Source of the DNA: Candidatus Bathyarchaeota archaeon
Lineage (GTDB): Archaea; Thermoproteota; Bathyarchaeia; Bathyarchaeales; Bathycorpusculaceae
Reading direction: 5' to 3'
NCBI GenBank assembly: GCA_963707955.1
Contig: OY970176.1
Coordinates: 1,888,001-1,952,000, forward strand
Length of the DNA stretch: 64,000 bases
Numbering within the stretch: position 1 is the stretch's first letter; the number at the start of each line of letters is the position of its first letter. The notes under the pieces are model-generated. The model searched no databases and had not been told where the DNA came from. It was given only the letters and a program-made list of their open reading frames with translations. Positions 58,227-64,000 of the stretch are shown here, one piece after another. The position numbers were made by a program, and so were the translations under genes.

Positions 58227-59006
58227 GTGAAGATTGCAGTTTCTGGCAAGGGAGGTGTGGGTAAGACTCTCATAGCAGCGGGTCTTGCCTGCTGCTTAGT
58301 CGATAAGGGTTTCAAGACTATAGCCATTGATGCTGATTCTTCCCCGAATCTTGCCTTGACCCTGGGCTTAACGCCTGAAAAGTCAAGACAAATACTGCCC
58401 ATCTCAGAGAACAAAAAACTGGTTGAATCAAAAACCGACACAGGCTTCTCGGGCGTTTACCGTCTCTCCTTCAAAGTGGACGACGTTGTCCGCGAGTATT
58501 CGGTGAAAACACCGTTTGGCGTGAACTTGATCGTCATGGGAACGGTGAAATCGATGGGTTCAGGGTGCACTTGTCCAGAGAACGCCGTCGTTCGGGCCTT
58601 GCTTCGCCATCTGGTTGTGGAGCGAGACGAGGCGGTTGTTCTTGACACGGAGGCGGGGGTTGAGCACATGGGCAGAGGAACGGCAAAGCATGTGGACACT
58701 CTGCTGATCGTCGCGGACGCGAACATGAAATCTCTCGAGGTAGCCAAACACATTCAAGAATTGGCCTCAGGCTCGAGCATGAAGCAGATTTATCTGGTTG
58801 GAAACAAGGTCGGAGACAAGGTTCAAAAAGAAGCGATCGATAATTTTGCGCGGGAAAACGGTTTGAAAATATTGGCCTTTATTCCCTTCGATCGGAAAGT
58901 CCTGGACATGGAGATGAAGGGGGAAACGCCGCTGAAAGACAGGGGCTCAGAGGCGGTTCGAGCAATAGAAGTGCTTGCTGACATGCTCATAGCGAAGAAA
59001 GAATAA
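58227..59006 (+). CDS. cooC: CooC-type nickel-insertion ATPase
   Basis: [37 protein letters not shown]. Confidence 0.92.
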   Translation: MKIAVSGKGGVGKTLIAAGLACCLVDKGFKTIAIDADSSPNLALTLGLTPEKSRQILPISENKKLVESKTDTGFSGVYRLSFKVDDVVREYSVKTPFGVNLIVMGTVKSMGSGCTCPENAVVRALLRHLVVERDEAVVLDTEAGVEHMGRGTAKHVDTLLIVADANMKSLEVAKHIQELASGSSMKQIYLVGNKVGDKVQKEAIDNFARENGLKILAFIPFDRKVLDMEMKGETPLKDRGSEAVRAIEVLADMLIAKKE

Positions 59007-59054
59007 TAAAAAGTTGAGGAAATAACCGACTGTGCAAGAAGGTGTAAAGTAATA

Positions 59055-59825
59055 TTGAAGAAACTTGTGACGATAGGTCGCGGGGGAACGGGAAAGACTA
59101 GTTTCGTGGCGTTGAAGACAAAATACTTCATTGAAATGGGAGCGACGCCTCTGCTTTTGGTGGACGCTGATCCGGACCAGAACCTTGGGGAAATGGTTGG
59201 CGTAGATTTGAAGGAAGAGGGGAAGAAAACGATTTCCGAACTGCTCATGGAGGCTTTTTTGAAGGAAGGTGGAACAACCGTCGGTGTTCCGCCCACTGAA
59301 CGAATCGAAAACAGGATCTGGGCTCAAGGCATGTACGAAGGCGACTTTTTCGATTTCATTTCTATCGGAACAAAATGGGTTGAAGGCTGCTACTGCCTGC
59401 CAAACGCCGCATTGAAAGGAGCCTTGGAATCAGTTTCTAAAAACTACAAGTACATCTTGATAGACTCGCCAGCAGGACTGGAACATCTAAACCGTAGGAT
59501 CACGTCGAAAGTTGACGACATCTTCGACGTCCTCGACCCGTCCAAAAAATCATTCGACCACGTTGACCGGGCCTACCGCATAGCGAAGGAGGTAAAGATA
59601 GAATTCAAGAATTTCTACGTCGTTGGCGGTTACAGGTTTCCAGAAGGCTTAGAGAAGAGCGCTGATAGCACCTTGAAATTTGATTTCTTGGGAAAAATCG
59701 CTCGCGACGACGAAGTTGAAGAATACGTTCTAGCTGGAAAATCGCTCCTAGAACTGCCTCCTGACTCTCCAGCCTACCTCTCCGTCAAGAGAATAGTGGA
59801 CAGGGCAGGCTACACGAAAGAGTAG
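59055..59825 (+). CDS. CooC2/AcsF-type maturation ATPase
   Basis: GRGGTGKT, VDADPDQNL, EGCYC..N, IDSPAGLEHLNRR. Confidence 0.88.
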   Translation: MKKLVTIGRGGTGKTSFVALKTKYFIEMGATPLLLVDADPDQNLGEMVGVDLKEEGKKTISELLMEAFLKEGGTTVGVPPTERIENRIWAQGMYEGDFFDFISIGTKWVEGCYCLPNAALKGALESVSKNYKYILIDSPAGLEHLNRRITSKVDDIFDVLDPSKKSFDHVDRAYRIAKEVKIEFKNFYVVGGYRFPEGLEKSADSTLKFDFLGKIARDDEVEEYVLAGKSLLELPPDSPAYLSVKRIVDRAGYTKE

Positions 59826-59984
59826 TTGGCCTCATCTTTTTCACTATTCTGGGGTGAACCCTGCCGAGAAGTACCTGAATTATCTCTGCAGATCGATTAT
59901 TCATAGTGGACTTTTGTTCCAGAAATGCTTATGAGCGAAGGCGTCATTAGATTTCGTCTTCTTCGTCGTCAGGTAGTGCCATAA

Positions 59985-62333
59985 TTGAGTAGAAAAGATC
60001 TTAATGTGAAGATCGGAGAATTGAAGACTGATTTTGGTTTTGTGAAGAATCTTGAACTTTCAATCGGCAAGGTTGTCGATGGAACCTGGACCGAACCCAT
60101 GGGTCCTACGCCTTTTCCGTCCCTGACAACTCTAAGGGAGTGGGACATGAGGATCCTTCAGCGCTACAAACCTTTCTACATGCCCTTCTGCGACCTTTGC
60201 TGCCTCTGCACCATGGGAAAATGCGACCTTACAGGATCCAAGCGCGGAGCGTGCGGAATCAACATGCCGGCTCAACAGTCAAGAACAATGCTTCTAGCCT
60301 GCTGCATCGGAGCAGCAACTCACGTCGGCCACGCTCGCCACTTACTTGAACATCTGATCGAAGAATTCGGACGCGAACACCAAATTGACGTGGGCGGGCT
60401 GAACGTCCAAGTTGAGGCTCCGACGATCCGCCTCGTTTGCGGGTTAAGACCTCGAACACTTGCTGACCTACGGGAGGTGCTGGATTATGCTGAGTCCCAA
60501 CTCACACACTTATTGTCTGTCGTGCACACTGGACAAGAAGGGAACAACCTTGACTTTGAATCAAAAGTCTTCCATGCAGGGATGATAGACCATCTGGGCA
60601 TGGAAGTCGCAGACGTTGCTCAAATTGCGGCCTACGGCTTTCCAAAAGCAGACCCAGACGCCCCGCTTGTTGATCTGGGCTTTGGCACGATAAACACGGA
60701 AAAACCCGTGATCCTTGTCATAGGACACAATGTTGTCCCTTCCATTGGCATAATAGATTACATGAAAGACAACGGTTTTGACGGTGAAATCGAGGTCTGC
60801 GGACTGTGCTGCACAGCCCACGACATAACCAGATACTACAACCGTGCAAAGGTTGTCGGCCCAATCTCGTGGCAGTTACGCTTCATAAGAAGTGGTGTTC
60901 CAGACCTGGTTGTGCTTGATGAACAATGCGTCAGAGCAGATGCCTTCAACGAATCGCAAAACATCAAAACACCAGTCATCGTTACATCAGAAAAGAACTG
61001 CATGGGTCTGCCAAACCGAACAAACGACCCAGCAGACGCGATAGTCGAAGATCTGGTGTCAGGAAAGACGCCGGGCGCGCTGATTCTTGACCCTGAAAAA
61101 GTCGGAGAAGTAGCTACAAAAGTGGCGTTGAAAGTGGCGCCTCTTCGGAAAAAATTCAAGGTGCTGCCCGATGTTGACGAAGTCATCAAGGCAGGAAAGG
61201 AATGCACTCAGTGCAACGCTTGCATTCGAGCATGCCCGGAAGACTTGGAAATTCCTGAAGCCATGAAGGCAGCGGGCGAAGGAAACTTGACGAAGCTCGC
61301 AGAACTGTACGACTTGTGCATTGGCTGCGGGCGATGCGAGGCTCCGTGCCCGAAGGGCACAAAGATTCACAGCTGCATCGTGAGGGCTGGGGACAAGAAA
61401 CTCAGGAACGAGACGTACAAGTTGAGAGTTGGAAGAGGAGCCATACAAGACGTGGAGATAAGGAACGTTGGGGCCCCGCTTGTGTTCGGCGAGATTCCTG
61501 GTGTGGTAGCCTTCGTCGGATGCGCTAACTATCCGAAGGGCGGAAAAGAAGTTGCTGAGATGTGCATGGAGTTTGCGAACAGACGCTACATAGTTGTGAC
61601 CTCAGGTTGTGCCGCAATGTCTGCTGGCATGTACAAAGACGAAGATGGAAAATCACCGTACGAGAAGTACACGGGCGAATTTGCTGCCGGAGGAATCGTC
61701 AACGTTGGTTCATGCGTTGCCAACTCGCACATTGCTGGCGCTGTGATAAAGATTGCAAACATATTCGCGAAGCGGAATCTGCGGGGGAACTATGAGGAGA
61801 TAGCCGACTACGTGCTCAATCGTGTGGGCGCCGTCGGCGTTGCTTGGGGAGCCTACTCTCAGAAGGCAGCTTCTATCTCAGCTGGGTTCTGGCGGTTAGG
61901 CGTTCCCGTCGTCGTTGGCCCTCACGGAACAAAGTACAGGCGCATGCTTCTGGGAAGGGCTGACCGAGAAGAAGACTGGTGCGTTTACGATGCAAGGACA
62001 GGAGAAAAAACGTATGTTGGACCAACACCCGAGCATCTGTTCTGCGCCGCTGAGACAAAAGAGGAAGCAACAGTTATGGTAAGCAAGCTCTGCATGAGAC
62101 CCAACGACACTCCGAAAGGAAGGGCCATAAAACTCACGCATTACATCGATTTGCATAAGAGGCTGTACGGAATTATGCCTCAGGACACACACCTGTTTGT
62201 TCGCACACTTGCGGACGTTCCGATAACGATGAAAGATGAAATCATCAAGACTCTTGAAGAGAAGGATTGGAAGGAAACAGTGATTCCCGACCCGACGCTT
62301 TTGCCAAGACTGATCAGAAAGAGGAAGGAGTAA
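59985..62333 (+). CDS. cdhA: CO dehydrogenase/acetyl-CoA synthase complex subunit alpha
   Basis: CDLCCLCTMGKC..GACG, GHN, GLCCTAHD, DEQCVR, two ferredoxin motifs, VGCANY, SGC, GSCVANSH, SQKAA. Confidence 0.97.
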   Translation: MSRKDLNVKIGELKTDFGFVKNLELSIGKVVDGTWTEPMGPTPFPSLTTLREWDMRILQRYKPFYMPFCDLCCLCTMGKCDLTGSKRGACGINMPAQQSRTMLLACCIGAATHVGHARHLLEHLIEEFGREHQIDVGGLNVQVEAPTIRLVCGLRPRTLADLREVLDYAESQLTHLLSVVHTGQEGNNLDFESKVFHAGMIDHLGMEVADVAQIAAYGFPKADPDAPLVDLGFGTINTEKPVILVIGHNVVPSIGIIDYMKDNGFDGEIEVCGLCCTAHDITRYYNRAKVVGPISWQLRFIRSGVPDLVVLDEQCVRADAFNESQNIKTPVIVTSEKNCMGLPNRTNDPADAIVEDLVSGKTPGALILDPEKVGEVATKVALKVAPLRKKFKVLPDVDEVIKAGKECTQCNACIRACPEDLEIPEAMKAAGEGNLTKLAELYDLCIGCGRCEAPCPKGTKIHSCIVRAGDKKLRNETYKLRVGRGAIQDVEIRNVGAPLVFGEIPGVVAFVGCANYPKGGKEVAEMCMEFANRRYIVVTSGCAAMSAGMYKDEDGKSPYEKYTGEFAAGGIVNVGSCVANSHIAGAVIKIANIFAKRNLRGNYEEIADYVLNRVGAVGVAWGAYSQKAASISAGFWRLGVPVVVGPHGTKYRRMLLGRADREEDWCVYDARTGEKTYVGPTPEHLFCAAETKEEATVMVSKLCMRPNDTPKGRAIKLTHYIDLHKRLYGIMPQDTHLFVRTLADVPITMKDEIIKTLEEKDWKETVIPDPTLLPRLIRKRKE

Positions 62334-62339
62334 GCGGAC

Positions 62340-62882
62340 ATGGCAACAGCTGAACCCTGGCAGACGGCTGAGATAGCTGGACCAAAAAAGGCGATGGTAG
62401 TCACAAAACCAGAAGTGGCCGTAGCGATGATTAAGCAGGCAAAACGCCCGATTCTCATCGTCGGTCACAGAGCTGCTGAAATTGAACTAGGAGACAAGAA
62501 GCTGATCGATTACGTCATTGAGCTGTCTGAGAAAGCCAAAATTCCGGTTGTCGCAACCGCCCACATTGTAGGTGAGTTTTTGAAAAGGGGTTGCCAACCA
62601 GCTGGCTGGATGCCCGCGGTTGACGTGGGCAACAGGCTGATCGACCCAGACTGGTGCGGGTTTGACGGTAAAGGCCAGTACGACTTAGCCTTGTTCGTCG
62701 GCCTTCCATACTACATGGAGTGGACGATTCTTTCCGGCGTGAAACACTTCGCTCCAACGCTCAGGACTGTCACACTGGACAACGTTTATCAACCCAACGC
62801 AAGCTGGTCTTTACCAAACATTGCAAAGAAAATTTGGACAGAAGACCTCAGAGCGATAATTGAAAAAGTCGGAGGAAAATAA
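62340..62882 (+). CDS. cdhB: ACDS complex subunit epsilon
   Basis: PWQTAEIAGP, AKRPILIVG, GFDGKGQYDL, YQPNASWS.PN. Confidence 0.95.
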   Translation: MATAEPWQTAEIAGPKKAMVVTKPEVAVAMIKQAKRPILIVGHRAAEIELGDKKLIDYVIELSEKAKIPVVATAHIVGEFLKRGCQPAGWMPAVDVGNRLIDPDWCGFDGKGQYDLALFVGLPYYMEWTILSGVKHFAPTLRTVTLDNVYQPNASWSLPNIAKKIWTEDLRAIIEKVGGK

Positions 62883-62891
62883 GAAGTGTCA

Positions 62892-64000
62892 ATGTTTAAA
62901 GACATACCCGTTGACGTGGGCGTTATCTACGAGGGCGAAAGAATTCGCAGAAAAGACATGTACGTCGAGCTTGGCGGACCTGACGTTAAAGAGAAGTTTG
63001 AGCTAGTGAGGGTCAAGAAAGCAAAAGAGGTCGAGGACGGAAAAATAACCATCGTTGGACCTGACCTGAAAGACATGGAAGAAGGCAAAATCTACCCGTT
63101 TGGAATACTCATCGAAGTCGCGGGGCCCAAGCTCGAGGCAGAACTAGAGGGCGTGATAGAGAGGCGGATACACGCTTTCTCCAACTATATTGAAGGGCTC
63201 ATGCATCTGAACCAGCGATACGACATTTGGCTCAGGCTCAGCAAGAGATCCTTCGAGAAAGGTTTGAACTCCTTCGATTATGTTGGAAAGGTCCTGCACA
63301 GACTCTTCAAAAGCGAGCTGCCAATAATCGAAAAGATGCAAGTAACGTTCATCACGGATTCTAAGAAGGTGAAGGAACTCTACGATGAAGCCTTACAGGT
63401 TTATGAAACAAGAGACGCAAGAGCAAGAGGCTTGAAGGACGAGGAAGTGGACAAGTTCTACGGATGCGTTCTGTGCCAGTCCTTCGCTCCGTCCCACGTC
63501 TGCGTGATCACACCGCAGAGATACTCGAACTGCGGAGCCATAAGCTGGTTTGACGGAAGAGCCGCGGCCAGCATAGACCCGAAGGGGCCTGTCTTCACGA
63601 TCGAAAGAGGCGAACTGCTTGACCCCGTCGCAGGAGAGTTCTCAGGTGTAAATGAAGCGGTGAAGAAGAAGTCTCTGGGCGAAATAACCAGGGTGCAACT
63701 CTACACAGCGTTCGGCCACCCGCACACGTCGTGCGGTTGCTTCGAGGGAGTCGCCTTCTACATTCCAGAAGTAGACGGGTTCGGCATCGTGCACAGAGGC
63801 TTCAAGGACACAACCGTCAACGGGTTGGGCTTCTCAACGATCGCCGATTCCACCGCCGGAGGGCGCCAGGTGGATGGGTTCCACGGTTTATCCATCGAGT
63901 ACATGCGCTCTCCAAAGTTTCTGCAGGCAGACGGCGGCTGGAAACGCGTCGTTTGGCTGCCTAAAGAAGTGAAAGAAAGGGTGAGAAACTTCGTCGCAGC
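62892..64000 (+). CDS. cdhC: ACDS complex subunit beta (acetyl-CoA synthase), runs off the window
   Basis: Manual translation MFKDIPVDVGVIYEGERIRRKDMYVELGG..HLNQRYDIW..YGCVLCQSFAPSHVC..NCGAI..PHTSCGCFE. Confidence 0.96.
   Translation, partial: MFKDIPVDVGVIYEGERIRRKDMYVELGGPDVKEKFELVRVKKAKEVEDGKITIVGPDLKDMEEGKIYPFGILIEVAGPKLEAELEGVIERRIHAFSNYIEGLMHLNQRYDIWLRLSKRSFEKGLNSFDYVGKVLHRLFKSELPIIEKMQVTFITDSKKVKELYDEALQVYETRDARARGLKDEEVDKFYGCVLCQSFAPSHVCVITPQRYSNCGAISWFDGRAAASIDPKGPVFTIERGELLDPVAGEFSGVNEAVKKKSLGEITRVQLYTAFGHPHTSCGCFEGVAFYIPEVDGFGIVHRGFKDTTVNGLGFSTIADSTAGGRQVDGFHGLSIEYMRSPKFLQADGGWKRVVWLPKEVKERVRNFVA

Noticed and set aside
10855-61082. GCGCGC hexamers inside coding regions (e.g. 10855, 11872, 16242, 19396, 32470, 48727, 61075)
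   Set aside because: Roughly the number expected by chance for a hexamer; not counted as junction motifs.

Overview
Archaeal chromosomal window, most consistent with Bathyarchaeia (inferred from gene content and order, not from a search). 1-22.7 kb: conserved information-processing cluster (PAC2, nop10, aIF2-alpha, S27e, L44e, GINS, priS, priL, PCNA, TFS, rpoL, csl4, METTL5, dph2, ppsA, L10e). It is interrupted by an archaeosortase and by a 6.6-kb glycosylation block between priL and priS. 22.7-36 kb: two head-to-head heterodisulfide-reductase operons. One has a fused double HdrA plus the MvhADG hydrogenase; the other has the same HdrA split in two and ends in a frameshifted winged-helix gene. 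37-40 kb: ADP-forming acyl-CoA synthetase/GNAT fusion. 40-58.2 kb: accessory metal/redox/arsenic region. 58.2-64 kb: CooC-type ATPases and the start of the CODH/ACS (cdhABC) operon. Two main candidates for undescribed systems. (1) An ArsR-linked operon encoding a stand-alone HdrA-type Fe-S domain, a ferredoxin, four tandem DGC-domain paralogs and an orphan GcvH-like lipoyl carrier, upstream of two ArsC genes. (2) A GCGCGCGC(TA) motif that recurs at the junctions of accessory genes, in a region that ends at a probable tyrosine-integrase tail remnant, suggesting a cassette-like gene-accretion mechanism. No rRNA, tRNA or CRISPR array was seen. All family calls come from motif recognition by eye; no database searches were run.
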